Notes: a model not told the origin generated them from the sequence alone. A DNA stretch of 64,000 nucleotides from Candidatus Thalassarchaeaceae archaeon (GCA_045568235.1 JBJLBJ010000022.1:1953-65952), one strand, 5' to 3'; shown: positions 29,877 through 40,593, numbered from the stretch's first letter. A program made the numbers and translations.

Positions 29877-31907
29877 TTAATTAAAAACATCAGGTTCCCA
29901 AGATGAAATTTTTCCTGTAAAAGCACTTGTCATCACAGTCAAAGGACTTGCTAGATATAATTTACCAGGACCAGACCTTCCTTGAAAATTACGATTAATT
30001 GCCGAAACTGTCACCTGACTCGCATCAGAACTTATTCCGGGACCTGCTCCTATGCAAGCACCACACCCAGGATCAATAATTTTTATTCCTGCCTTTTCAA
30101 ATAAATCCACCCATCCGTTTTTTATAGATAATTCTTTTACAGATTTAGAACCAAATTGGATATAACATTCAACACCATCTGCAATTTTTATTCCTGCGGC
30201 CAATGCGGCTTTAGTTACCATTGCATAATATGCAAAATCATCATCTTTTCCCGCAGTACATGACCCTGCATAAGCAATATCTATTTTTATATCTCCCAAG
30301 TCTTTTATGAAGGCACCATTCGTTGGGTCGGAAGGAATTCCCTTATCTGGATCTCCAGGATGGGCTACCATTGGCATTATTTCTGAAAGATTAATTACAT
30401 GTATTCCTCCGTCATAAATTGCATTTTTGTCTGGTAAAATAAAACTTTCTTCAATTTCTTCAGCAGTTAAACCATCTCTCCTTTTTAATAACCATTCTAT
30501 TGTTACCAAATCAGGCTCACAGATTCCAGTTTTAGCACTACATTCTGTAGCCATATTACAAAGAGTCGCTCTTTCATCCATGGAAAGACTTGTAAGTCCT
30601 GGACCGCCAAACTCCATACTTCTATCTAGTGTTTCTGATTTTGCTGCATAATTCCATAATATATGTAAAATAACATCTTTTGCCGTACACCCAGGGTGTA
30701 ATTTTCCTATTAACTCAAACCGAATACTTTCTGGTACCTTTACAAAAGCAAATTGATTATGTATCAAATTTGCATATTCAGTAGAACCAACACCATATGT
30801 CAAAGCATTCGATGCTCCTCCCATGCAAGTATGCGAATCAGTTGCTTGAATAAAGTCTCCAACATCAATAAACTCTTCCCGAGCAACCTGATGGCATATG
30901 CCAGGGCTAATTCCTCCCTCTGCCGAGTAATCTCTAACTTCCGTATGTTTTTGAAATATTTTTTGCATATTTCTCAATGTTTCTATTTTGTTAATATGAG
31001 GACTAAACTTAGGCACATTTGTCGCATAAAGTAAATGATCTTCAAAGACTGCAAACTTTATCGGATTTGGAATAGAATAATTATTTCCATATTCTTCCTT
31101 GAGAAATGTATGCACTTGAGCCGTAGTAAATTCGTGTGAATAACCGCCATCTACAGATGCAAGTACAGCATCACCAGGCTTTACAAATTTCTCAACCGTA
31201 TTTTCTCCGATCATTTTTTTTGCAATTATCTTTTCTGCCATTGTCATTTCTCTTTTTGTAGTTACAGACTTTGGTAACACAATATCTCCTTCGGCTAATT
31301 TTTTTGCAAAAGGCAAAATCCCTCCATTTTCTAAAATTAAGCGGGTTATCGGGTCGTATTTTGATGTAAATTCTGACAAATCTATCGACTCTCCCTTTTG
31401 CAATCTTTCTAAAATCGCATAATCACCCATCAGCTGGCCTAAATTTATATTATTTCGTTCATGAATAGGTGCAAAGGATGCGGCAATAACCAATCTAACG
31501 CCGGACCATCTTTCACACTGAGGAGCAGTTTCTCTACTAGAACCAGTTCCCTTCCTATGTCCAGAAACTATTACTTCAAAATTTCCATCAATCAAAGCCC
31601 GTTCTTCGAAAACTCTTCTGCCACCATGCATCAAGCCAGCATATGCATTTTCAGCAATTTTAGATGGCTCATGATCAAAACATACCCAAGCAGGAGTCAT
31701 TACATCTGTATTAATGTCATCGAGCAAATCATCTATTCTCAAATCTTCCATTTTAAGATTGAGCCCACCATACAATTGTTTAGATATCAAATCTAAGTCC
31801 TTAGTTAGAAATAAAACTCTTTTTCCCTTTGTAAGAGATATTTTTTTCGGAGGCCACTGTTCTTCTAACATTCTACCTCTCCCATACCTTTGGCACACTC
31901 TCGACAT
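29877..31907 (-). CDS. aconitase-family hydro-lyase with permuted (swivel-domain-first) architecture
   Basis: N-terminal LeuD/swivel-like region (DDINTDVMTPAW, VIVSGHRKGTGSSRETAP) followed by the large catalytic region with ATDSHTCMGG, AGSCTAGKDDDF, DPGCGACIGAG and SAINRNFQGRSG Fe-S/substrate motifs. Confidence 0.75.
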   Translation of the reverse strand: MSRVCQRYGRGRMLEEQWPPKKISLTKGKRVLFLTKDLDLISKQLYGGLNLKMEDLRIDDLLDDINTDVMTPAWVCFDHEPSKIAENAYAGLMHGGRRVFEERALIDGNFEVIVSGHRKGTGSSRETAPQCERWSGVRLVIAASFAPIHERNNINLGQLMGDYAILERLQKGESIDLSEFTSKYDPITRLILENGGILPFAKKLAEGDIVLPKSVTTKREMTMAEKIIAKKMIGENTVEKFVKPGDAVLASVDGGYSHEFTTAQVHTFLKEEYGNNYSIPNPIKFAVFEDHLLYATNVPKFSPHINKIETLRNMQKIFQKHTEVRDYSAEGGISPGICHQVAREEFIDVGDFIQATDSHTCMGGASNALTYGVGSTEYANLIHNQFAFVKVPESIRFELIGKLHPGCTAKDVILHILWNYAAKSETLDRSMEFGGPGLTSLSMDERATLCNMATECSAKTGICEPDLVTIEWLLKRRDGLTAEEIEESFILPDKNAIYDGGIHVINLSEIMPMVAHPGDPDKGIPSDPTNGAFIKDLGDIKIDIAYAGSCTAGKDDDFAYYAMVTKAALAAGIKIADGVECYIQFGSKSVKELSIKNGWVDLFEKAGIKIIDPGCGACIGAGPGISSDASQVTVSAINRNFQGRSGPGKLYLASPLTVMTSAFTGKISSWEPDVFN

Positions 31908-32043
31908 ATATCATGATTTTCGATAATTAAGTTATAAATTTGATTTAATTTGGAAACTAAATTAATGATATATTTACTGTCAGACTTAAATATAATGGTC
32001 TTTCGGAGTATTTTATCTTTCCTAGGAAAGATGGAGTGATATC
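31908..32043. promoter_or_regulatory. divergent intergenic promoter region between the aconitase-family gene (-) and tfb (+)
   Basis: 136 bp AT-rich spacer containing TATA-like runs (TTATAAATT, TTAAATATAAT) and an SD-like GGAGTGA 6 nt upstream of the tfb ATG. Exact box positions not determined. Confidence 0.25.
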
Positions 32044-32970
32044 ATGGCAAATGACCTTATTGAAGATACAGTTAAATGTACAGAATGTGCAAGCCGAAAT
32101 TTAGTAAAAGACGAAAATAGAGGAGAACTAATTTGTCAAGATTGTGGTCTTGTATTGGAAGATAATGTAATCGACCAAGGTGCAGAGTGGAGAGTTTTCA
32201 GCCCTGAACAAGGAGATCAGAGAGCGCGTACAGGGGCACCAATGACTGTTATGCTGCATGATAAAGGACTCTCAACAGATATCGATTGGCAAAATAAAGA
32301 TTATTCCGGAAAATCAATTTCGAGTCGATATAGAAGTCAGTTTTATCGTATGAGAAAGTGGCAAAAAAGATCAAGGGTAAGTAACGCTACTGAAAGAAAT
32401 TTGGCAATGGCATTAGCAGAATTAGATAGAATGGCCAGCCGTCTAGACTTGCCTAAATCAATTAGAGAAGCAGCAGCTGTGAATTATAAAAAGGCAGTTG
32501 AGGCTAGATTGATTCGAGGAAGATCAATAGAAGGCGTTGCCGCTGCAAGTCTTTACGCTGCGTGTAGACAATGCTCCAATCCTCGTACATTAGACGAAAT
32601 TGGTGAAGCTAGCAGAACAGGTAGAAAAGAAATAGGACGCACCTACAGATTTATGGTAAGAGAGTTAAAAATGAAAATTCCACCAACAAAACCAGAAGAT
32701 TATATCCCTCGTTTTTGTTCTGGCTTAGATTTAGATGCAGAAGTACAGGCTAAGGCTTACGAATTAATTGCTGCCGCTCAAGAAAGAGAATTAACTAGTG
32801 GAAGGGGGCCTACTGGAATTGCCGCATCAATAATTTATATTGCCAGTGTCCTTTGCGGAAAGAGAAGAACTCAAAGAGAAGTAGCAGAGGTCGCAGGAGT
32901 TACAGAAGTAACAATTCGTAATCGTTACAAGGAATTAATTCAAAATTTAAATATTGAATTAGAGATTTAA
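32044..32970 (+). CDS. tfb: transcription initiation factor IIB (TFB)
   Basis: N-terminal zinc ribbon (CTECAS...CQDCG), B-finger region and two cyclin-fold repeats ([18 protein letters not shown]; [40 protein letters not shown]). Confidence 0.9.
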   Translation: MANDLIEDTVKCTECASRNLVKDENRGELICQDCGLVLEDNVIDQGAEWRVFSPEQGDQRARTGAPMTVMLHDKGLSTDIDWQNKDYSGKSISSRYRSQFYRMRKWQKRSRVSNATERNLAMALAELDRMASRLDLPKSIREAAAVNYKKAVEARLIRGRSIEGVAAASLYAACRQCSNPRTLDEIGEASRTGRKEIGRTYRFMVRELKMKIPPTKPEDYIPRFCSGLDLDAEVQAKAYELIAAAQERELTSGRGPTGIAASIIYIASVLCGKRRTQREVAEVAGVTEVTIRNRYKELIQNLNIELEI

Positions 32971-32973
32971 CTG

Positions 32974-34341
32974 GTGACCTTCATGGTTCGCCGTGAATCC
33001 AGTGTCTTAATTTGGGAGAATTCCACAGAGTTATTATCAGAATATGTAAAAAATTCTTTTAAATATGGATTTTTACCACACCCCCCACTCGAGTTACCTG
33101 ACTTTCCTGCACAATACCCAGAATCAATTTCTGAATTATCCTCTCAAGTCCTAGGACTATTTTCAATTGATAAGGCCGGGTTTAATTCAAAATTAGTCGA
33201 AATAGTTGAAACTATAGAACCTAGTTATGTACAAAGGCACATCGATCCTCAGAGGGAAAGAGAAAAATGGGCTTTAAAGAACATTGATCAAATTTCAAAA
33301 AGAATAATAATTTTACAAATTAATGATTGGCTCAACTCTGCATTAGACGAAACATCGCCAGATACATCCAGATGGTATTTTGCAATTTCCGTTTTGATGG
33401 GCATGTGTCATGAATCTTCTACTATATGTAGGGATTTTTGTTTTAATTTTATTATATCAATTTCTATGGCAAAGCCTCCTAATTTTAGGCCAAAAACGAA
33501 TCCTTCTGGGCCACATCATATTGCATGGGATCCTTCAAAGGAAAATATTGATTTTGAACACAACATACCCCATCCTTCTGGTATTTTAGCTGTTAATATT
33601 ATTTTAGATTATCTTTCTTCTTCTGAATCTACTTTAAAAAATATTCTTCCTTTTTGGATTCATAGCCTTAGTACATTTCCTTATTTAACTAATCATTTAC
33701 ATTTATTTTCAAGAATAAAAACATGCTTAAATCAATTAAAAGGCGAACAAGTTGATTCATTGATACAAGCCACGACGCAACTAATGCCCGATTATCTAAA
33801 TCAATCAAAAGATATTTTTATGTCGATTGACTCTAGTTCAAACTCTTCTACAAAAAGAAGTTTGGCTTCGGTAATACCAAAGATATATTCCTATGACCCA
33901 GAATTTACCTTATCGATTTTAGATTGGTTACTGATTGATTCTGATCAAAACACATGTGTACTTGCTACGGGGGCTCTTGGATTCATTATTAGGTCCAATA
34001 GAAATGCATACTACTTAAGAGCGCCAATTGTAATTCAACACGGCAATCAAAAAGCACTTCAAATATTGGTAAATAATAGTATAAGCGAGTATCTAAATCA
34101 AGACATCTCAGATAAAATAAATATTTTACCAGACCTATGGATTAAATGTAATGAAAACTCCCGTTCTAAACTAGTTAGTTATATTTGCGATCAAGGAAAA
34201 TTAAGCCCATCATCGTATGTTGATACCGCAACTAAAATTTTTAATAAAGATGAAAAATCATTTTTAGATTTATATCGATGGATAGGAATGCGCGATAAAG
34301 ACTTACAAAAAAAGATAAAACAAATCAAAACAAAGACATAG
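32974..34341 (+). CDS. hypothetical alpha-helical protein
   Basis: 455 aa with no catalytic motifs and a predicted helical-repeat character. Lies between tfb and the sulfotransferase pair. Confidence 0.4.
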   Translation: MTFMVRRESSVLIWENSTELLSEYVKNSFKYGFLPHPPLELPDFPAQYPESISELSSQVLGLFSIDKAGFNSKLVEIVETIEPSYVQRHIDPQREREKWALKNIDQISKRIIILQINDWLNSALDETSPDTSRWYFAISVLMGMCHESSTICRDFCFNFIISISMAKPPNFRPKTNPSGPHHIAWDPSKENIDFEHNIPHPSGILAVNIILDYLSSSESTLKNILPFWIHSLSTFPYLTNHLHLFSRIKTCLNQLKGEQVDSLIQATTQLMPDYLNQSKDIFMSIDSSSNSSTKRSLASVIPKIYSYDPEFTLSILDWLLIDSDQNTCVLATGALGFIIRSNRNAYYLRAPIVIQHGNQKALQILVNNSISEYLNQDISDKINILPDLWIKCNENSRSKLVSYICDQGKLSPSSYVDTATKIFNKDEKSFLDLYRWIGMRDKDLQKKIKQIKTKT

Positions 34342-34345
34342 ATAT

Positions 34346-35095
34346 TTATTCTTTGAATATTTCCTTCATAAGTCTATAATCCAAATTATATTTGTTTTTT
34401 ATACAAGATATATCTGAATCTATTTTTTCCCTGTTTAGATATTTTTTCAATTTTCGAAATTGTAATTTTTTAAATAAATTAATCATATTCCATTTATTTC
34501 CAAATGTACTATGCCTATCGACATTTTTATTTTCCCAATCAAGTTCAAACCTCAACCTTTCTTGCACATCGTCACAATCTAAATTTATTATCAAATCAAA
34601 TTTAGATATATTTTCAACTGCATTCTCATAATCTTCTTCATTTAGTATTTTATATGGAAAATTTCCATTATTTGAAAAAATTCTAACATAATAATTATCA
34701 GATAAAAAGATATTAGGCTTATGTATGAAATTGACTAACTCTTCTTCTTCTGTATATCCAGAATAATATGCATAATTATGATTTGAAACTAATCTTTTTT
34801 TAGGGTCTCTGAGACATGTAATTAATGTAATCCGCTTATCCATTTCAAGGGCATTAAAATCTGGAGCGCCCGATTCAGTTGCAATGAAGGTGATCCCATT
34901 TTCTTCACAATTATCTATAAATTTTGATAATTCAAAATTGCTATATTCCCAAACAGGTAACACAACGCCACCATCATCCGTTGGATTTCCATTGTTGTTA
35001 GGAATATACATTTTTTCATTATTGGCCTTCGCCATATTAACTATCAAAGTTCCAGCAGCTTTATGGATATGTTGAAACCATACTAATCGGTACAT
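34346..35095 (-). CDS. PAPS-dependent sulfotransferase-fold protein
   Basis: 5'-PSB-like HKAAGT (Lys-x-x-Gly-Thr) near the N-terminus and a 3'-PB motif LRDPKKRLVSNHNYAY (RDPxxRxxS). 249 aa. Confidence 0.6.
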   Translation of the reverse strand: MYRLVWFQHIHKAAGTLIVNMAKANNEKMYIPNNNGNPTDDGGVVLPVWEYSNFELSKFIDNCEENGITFIATESGAPDFNALEMDKRITLITCLRDPKKRLVSNHNYAYYSGYTEEEELVNFIHKPNIFLSDNYYVRIFSNNGNFPYKILNEEDYENAVENISKFDLIINLDCDDVQERLRFELDWENKNVDRHSTFGNKWNMINLFKKLQFRKLKKYLNREKIDSDISCIKNKYNLDYRLMKEIFKE

Positions 35096-35161
35096 GATGG
35101 AAGCCCCCTATATAATCCACAATCAATCGTACTTTTCATATCTATCGATTGACTCGGATTA

Positions 35162-36064
35162 ATGAGGTTGTCATATTTGGACGCATTGGGAGGATATATT
35201 GTAGGCGTTCCTAAATCAGGTTCAACCTGGCTAGCGAATGCATTATCTCAGCACCCTGATCTACAACTTTCAAATCCAAAAGAGCCAAATTTTTTCCCTA
35301 CTCACAAGGGTACTTTTGGTAGAAATATGGATGATCCAGTATGGGATGAATATAAAAAATTCTTTATTGATGATAATAGGATGAAAATAGATGCTTCAAT
35401 ACATACCTTTGCTTGCCCTTTAGCACCAAAGAGAATATACGAAAAATTTCCAAATATGAAATTTATTTTGTGTATACGAGAACCTATCTCACGAGCCTTC
35501 AGTCATTGGAGGATGATTATAGAAACAGAAGAAGATAAAAAACACAATACCAATTGGTCAGATTTTTCTTCTGCATGGCAAGATGAAAGACTGAGAGATG
35601 ATTCATTGTATGGAAAATCAATGGAGCACTGGCTAAAATATTTTGATATGAATAATTTCATAATCATTGACAGTAGTTTAATGAAAAATAAACAAAAAGA
35701 AACATTACAAAAAATTGAACATTTCTTAGAATTAGATCCGTATAATTACGATTTAGAAATGATCAAAAATGCCAATAAAGCTTCTGATAGAAGGCCTCTG
35801 ACGCTCGTTGGAAATATTTTAAAGAAAATATTTTCATCAATACCAAGTTTTTTGAAAGAGCCAATTGTAAAAAGATTACAGAATAGAGGTATAAATATTT
35901 ATTCAGCTCCAATAATAAGCAGCAAAGGCAAACCTCACGAAATTACTAACTCTCATTATTTAGTATGCCATGAGGAAATAATAGACGACTTAGTATTATT
36001 TGAGTCCATTACTGGTTTTTCAACAAAAGAATGGATTGACATTATTGACAATCATACAAAATAA
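35162..36064 (+). CDS. PAPS-dependent sulfotransferase
   Basis: Canonical 5'-PSB motif VPKSGSTWL and 3'-PB motif IREPISRAFSHW. 300 aa. Divergently transcribed from the other sulfotransferase across a 66 bp spacer. Confidence 0.7.
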   Translation: MRLSYLDALGGYIVGVPKSGSTWLANALSQHPDLQLSNPKEPNFFPTHKGTFGRNMDDPVWDEYKKFFIDDNRMKIDASIHTFACPLAPKRIYEKFPNMKFILCIREPISRAFSHWRMIIETEEDKKHNTNWSDFSSAWQDERLRDDSLYGKSMEHWLKYFDMNNFIIIDSSLMKNKQKETLQKIEHFLELDPYNYDLEMIKNANKASDRRPLTLVGNILKKIFSSIPSFLKEPIVKRLQNRGINIYSAPIISSKGKPHEITNSHYLVCHEEIIDDLVLFESITGFSTKEWIDIIDNHTK

Positions 36065-36074
36065 ACGAATATTC

Positions 36075-36902
36075 TTATATTCGCAAATTTTTTGAAACTT
36101 TTTTTGGTTCTCCAAACGAATTTTTCCTAATAAGCCAAAAAATAGCAACGAACCAAGCCTTACTCCATAATGACCAGGACTCGTATCTAGATAATGGCCT
36201 GATATCACTATTTTCTTGTGTTTTTCTTAATTTTTTTTGTAATTTCCACAAGTCTCCATTAATTACACTAGTTCTAGATATAAGCCCAGCAGCACTTTCC
36301 ACATATTTTCTAGGATTGCGCCGATAAAGTAATTGTTCAGACTTAGGATATGGTGCATATGTCCCCATAGATCCTAAAGGTTCAGGATGATGCATTATAC
36401 ACTCAGAAGCCCATATTATCTTATGGCCCGCATCAATAACTTTCCATGCTAAATCAGTATCTTCTCTATGCAAATGATATCTTTCGTCAAAGCCACCGAC
36501 CTCTTCTAAAATTTCTCTTTTTATTATTAAATTAGCTGTTTTGAAACGATCCCATTTAAATCTTGTAGGAGGATTATGTGATACTATATTTCCTACTTCA
36601 TCTTCTGTGGTCATGGCACCTTCAATTCCACCAATAAACTCATTTTTTTCAAATAATTTCAATATAGTTTCTATCCAATTTGATGGAGCAACACAATCAT
36701 CGTCTAGGAAGGCCACAATATCGGCACTACCTCTTTTCCAACCTATATTTCTTGAGATTCCAGGGCCAAAATCAGTTTCTGAATCATCAATAATCTCGAT
36801 TGACTGTGGTGCGATAGTTTGTTTACTTAATGAATCTAGACATCTAGGTAATACATCTGGCCTTCGAAATGTCGGAATCACCACATCGACACCAATGGAC
36901 AT
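36075..36902 (-). CDS. family 2 glycosyltransferase (GT-A fold)
   Basis: VDVVIPTFRRPDVLPRCLDSLSKQT N-terminal GT2 signature and an AFLDDDCV DxD motif. 275 aa. Confidence 0.7.
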   Translation of the reverse strand: MSIGVDVVIPTFRRPDVLPRCLDSLSKQTIAPQSIEIIDDSETDFGPGISRNIGWKRGSADIVAFLDDDCVAPSNWIETILKLFEKNEFIGGIEGAMTTEDEVGNIVSHNPPTRFKWDRFKTANLIIKREILEEVGGFDERYHLHREDTDLAWKVIDAGHKIIWASECIMHHPEPLGSMGTYAPYPKSEQLLYRRNPRKYVESAAGLISRTSVINGDLWKLQKKLRKTQENSDIRPLSRYESWSLWSKAWFVAIFWLIRKNSFGEPKKVSKNLRI

Positions 36903-36951
36903 ATATATGTCTGTACATATTATATCTTATTTAGATAGCAGGTATTTTATC

Positions 36952-39900
36952 TCAAGAACAACCTGTAGTTTCACCACACGCATCACATTTTAGACAAGTT
37001 CCATTACGGCGCATTTGACTACTACCGCACGACGCACAAATATCTCCCGTGTAACCTCTTTCCCTTGCCATCCTCCTCTCCTTCATCTCTTTATTTTCTA
37101 GATTTGATACCGACTCCAGAGTATATTGAATTTCTCGCTTTTCACCTTTATTTCTTACTATACCGACATCACTTACTTCTGGTTTACTTATTGAATAAGG
37201 ATCAAAATCTGATTCTTCTACAGCAACATGGGCCAAGTCATCTCTCCCTGCATACTCGATTGCTAACTCTCTGAAAATCCAATCTACTAAACTAGAAGTC
37301 ATTTTGACTCTTCCACTACCTCCTTCAACCATCCCACTTGGTTCGAATTTCTGGAAAGTAAATACTTTTACAAACGCTTCAAGCGGCACACCGTGCTGTA
37401 GTCCGATTGAGACTGCTATTGCAAATTGATTTAACATCGCCCTCCATGCCGCACCTTCTTTTGAGGTTACTAATATAATCTCTCCAAGCGCTCCATCTGG
37501 GTATTCTCCTGTAATTAAACGAACGCTGTGACCACCGATTCTCGCCTTTATATTGTCGCCTTTCTTTTTATTGGGCAATTGCCTTCTTGTGGCTATATAA
37601 TTCACCATTGATTGTGCTACAGGCCTTGCATCAACTTCTGGTACAGGTAGAACCTTTACTACTTCTTCAACCATTTTTGTAACTACTAATTCCTCAACTT
37701 CTTCGTCATCTTCCATAGCACTAGAATCAACTAATTGATTCATTAATGGTTGAGATAACTTAGAACAATCTCTGTAGACTGCACATGCTTTATTCATTGT
37801 TGAATGACTTAGATTATACGCATCCCTTATTTCTTCTACAGTCGAATTAGAAGGCATATTAATTGTTTTTGAAATTGCACCAGAAATAAATGGCTGTGCA
37901 GCAGCCATCATCATAACATGTGCTTTCCAATCAATAGATCTTTTACCATATTTTCCACAAGGAGTAGCACAATCAAATACAGCCAAATGCTCTTCTTTTA
38001 AGCCTGGAGCACCCTCTATCATGTTATATCCAAATACATAATCATTAGCAGTACCAATCTCATCAGAGGATAAACCCATATGAGATAGTACATCGAAGAA
38101 AGGATTGTCATAATCTTCTTGACTCATTCCTAAAGTATCCTTACATATCTTTTCACCTAATATTGCTGGAGAGAAAGCAGAACGAATATCAAATACATCG
38201 CCAAAACTATCTTCTAATTTCTTTATTGTATTGATATCCAACCCCATCTTAGTCAATTTTTCTGCAGAAAGATGAGGACAATTACTCAAAGTTTTCGTGC
38301 CTGTAATATATTGTTCGATTTCTGTAGTTTCTTTATCGCTGTAACCAAGCCTCTTCAATGCATTGGAAACTCCACTGTTTACAATTCTCAATGAACCTCC
38401 TCCCGCCAATGTTTTGTATTGTACTAGAGAAAATTGAGGCTCTACTCCAGTTGTATCAGCTCCCATTACTAGCCCTATTGTTCCAGTAGGAGCAATAACA
38501 GTTGTTTGTGCATTTCTATACCCATGTTCTTCACCTTCTCTCAAGGCAACATCCCAAGCATTTCGAGCTGCCTCCAATAAGTCCTTTGGACACTTTTTAG
38601 AATCTATACTCATTGGTTTTATAGTTAAACCTTCATATTCATCATCATTTATGCCATAAGCGGCTCTTCGATGATTACGCATAACTTTTAGCATATGTTC
38701 TTCATTTCTTTCATAATCTGGATAAGGGCCCAATATTGATGCCATTTCTGCGCTAGTAGCGTATGATTCTCCACACATTATGGCAGTCATAGCCCCACAA
38801 ATAGCATACCCTCTTTCATCATCATATGGTATTCCCATGTGCATTAACAAAGAACCTATATTGCAATATCCTAGACCCAATGTTCGATAATCATAAGATC
38901 TTTTAGCAATTTCAGCAGAAGGAAATTGAGCCATTAAAACACTAATTTCTAATGTTGCTGTCCATAGCCGAACACTATGACGAAAATTCTCTATATTGAA
39001 AGTTTGAGTTCCCAAATCATAGTATTTTAGGAGATTTATACTTGCTAAATTACATGCAGTATCGTCCAAAAACATATATTCAGAACAAGGATTAGAACCA
39101 TTTATTTTACCTCCTTCTGGACATGTGTGCCATTCATTAATAGTAGTATCAAATTGTACGCCGGGATCTGCACATGCCCATGCAGTATAGGCTACTTTAT
39201 CCCATAATTCGCTCGCATCCAATACTTTACAAGGTTCTGGTGCACGACCCTCTTGTTCTGCTTTATCTAACTCAGTTCTGTAATAGAGATTCCAATCTCC
39301 TTTACTTTTTACAGTATCCATAAATTCATTCGGAACTCTAACAGAATTATTACTATTCTGACCAGACACTGTCATATATGCTTCTCCTTGCCAATCAGTA
39401 TCTAATACATCAAAATCGACACCTTTCCAACCTTGTTTTGCCAAATCAATAATTCTTTGAATATGCGGTTGAGGAACACTATCTTTTATCGCTTGTACCA
39501 TTGCTTTCCTTAGAGGCAAATTTATACTTTGATCAAATCTTTCAGAATCGCTATCATGGCCCCAAATGTTTTCCATAATAGCATTTGCATGCTTTTGTAG
39601 GATATTACTACCAATTACAAGAGCCGATACTTTTTCTTCTTCACTCGCCTTCCAGTCGATATATTCTTCAATATCCGGATGATCAAGATCAAGAGTTACC
39701 ATTTTGGCCGCTCTACGGGTCGTTCCTCCGGATTTTATAGCGCCTGCCGCTCTATCTCCAATTTTTAAGAAAGACAACAGGCCGGATGATTTTCCTCCTC
39801 CAGATAGCGGCTCATCTTTCCCTCTAATACTGGAAAAATTTGAACCAGTTCCTGAACCATATTTGAATAATAATGCTTCTCTATTCCATAACCCCATAAT

Positions 39901-40593
39901 TGAGCCGGTACCTCCTACTAGTTCATCAGATACTGATTGAATAAAACAAGCATGAGGCTGAGGGTGTTCATAAGCATTAGAAGACAAACTTAATTCTCCG
40001 GTGGTTGGATCAACATAGTGGTGCCCTTGTGCTGGACCTTCAATCCCATAGGCCCAGTGCAAACCAGTATTGAACCATTGAGGGCTATTTGGAGCAGATC
40101 TCTGACTTGCTATCAGATAGCACATTTCATCAAAATATGCCAAAGCATCAGCCTCACTTGCAAAATATCCATATTTCCATCCCCAATAGGTCCATGTTCC
40201 AGCTAGTCTTCTAAATAGGTCTCGACCATCAGTTTCTCCGCCCCATCCTTTTTCTTTGTCAACGGTTTGAAGTTTTTCATGATCGGGCTCACTTCTTTGA
40301 AGCCAAACAGGAACATTTTCTTCTGATACTTTTCGCAGATAGAGAGGGACGCCGGCTTTACGCAAATACTTCTGAGCCAATACCTTCCCCGGTACTCCAG
40401 AAAATCCTGAAGGTAATTTCACACCCTGGATAGATTCAGCCATCGAACCATCAGGATTTCTAATTTCTACATCCATTTCAATCCAGTTGAATGAATTAAA
40501 AGGGTCCTCTCCGGCCGACGTGAATCTTCTTTCAATTATCATTCCACTTTCTTCTTTTGACTCTGAATTGACCTTTTTTATTTTTGATTGCAT
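36952..40593 (-). CDS. nrdJ: class II (adenosylcobalamin-dependent) ribonucleotide reductase NrdJ with a C-terminal zinc ribbon
   Basis: RRFTSAGEDPF N-terminal block, catalytic-Cys regions (HACFIQSV; TACNLASINL; GSNPCSEY) and a C-terminal CASCG...CLKCDACG zinc ribbon. 1213 aa. No intein blocks were recognised. Strong SD (GGAGGAG) upstream. Confidence 0.85.
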   Translation of the reverse strand: MQSKIKKVNSESKEESGMIIERRFTSAGEDPFNSFNWIEMDVEIRNPDGSMAESIQGVKLPSGFSGVPGKVLAQKYLRKAGVPLYLRKVSEENVPVWLQRSEPDHEKLQTVDKEKGWGGETDGRDLFRRLAGTWTYWGWKYGYFASEADALAYFDEMCYLIASQRSAPNSPQWFNTGLHWAYGIEGPAQGHHYVDPTTGELSLSSNAYEHPQPHACFIQSVSDELVGGTGSIMGLWNREALLFKYGSGTGSNFSSIRGKDEPLSGGGKSSGLLSFLKIGDRAAGAIKSGGTTRRAAKMVTLDLDHPDIEEYIDWKASEEEKVSALVIGSNILQKHANAIMENIWGHDSDSERFDQSINLPLRKAMVQAIKDSVPQPHIQRIIDLAKQGWKGVDFDVLDTDWQGEAYMTVSGQNSNNSVRVPNEFMDTVKSKGDWNLYYRTELDKAEQEGRAPEPCKVLDASELWDKVAYTAWACADPGVQFDTTINEWHTCPEGGKINGSNPCSEYMFLDDTACNLASINLLKYYDLGTQTFNIENFRHSVRLWTATLEISVLMAQFPSAEIAKRSYDYRTLGLGYCNIGSLLMHMGIPYDDERGYAICGAMTAIMCGESYATSAEMASILGPYPDYERNEEHMLKVMRNHRRAAYGINDDEYEGLTIKPMSIDSKKCPKDLLEAARNAWDVALREGEEHGYRNAQTTVIAPTGTIGLVMGADTTGVEPQFSLVQYKTLAGGGSLRIVNSGVSNALKRLGYSDKETTEIEQYITGTKTLSNCPHLSAEKLTKMGLDINTIKKLEDSFGDVFDIRSAFSPAILGEKICKDTLGMSQEDYDNPFFDVLSHMGLSSDEIGTANDYVFGYNMIEGAPGLKEEHLAVFDCATPCGKYGKRSIDWKAHVMMMAAAQPFISGAISKTINMPSNSTVEEIRDAYNLSHSTMNKACAVYRDCSKLSQPLMNQLVDSSAMEDDEEVEELVVTKMVEEVVKVLPVPEVDARPVAQSMVNYIATRRQLPNKKKGDNIKARIGGHSVRLITGEYPDGALGEIILVTSKEGAAWRAMLNQFAIAVSIGLQHGVPLEAFVKVFTFQKFEPSGMVEGGSGRVKMTSSLVDWIFRELAIEYAGRDDLAHVAVEESDFDPYSISKPEVSDVGIVRNKGEKREIQYTLESVSNLENKEMKERRMARERGYTGDICASCGSSQMRRNGTCLKCDACGETTGCS

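Noticed and set aside
36952-40593. Possible intein(s) in the 1213 aa NrdJ
   Set aside because: No Hint-domain block A (Cys/Ser + hydrophobic...DT..V), no LAGLIDADG/HNH endonuclease blocks, and no terminal His-Asn followed by Cys/Ser/Thr were seen. The extra length looks like ordinary insertions plus a C-terminal zinc ribbon.
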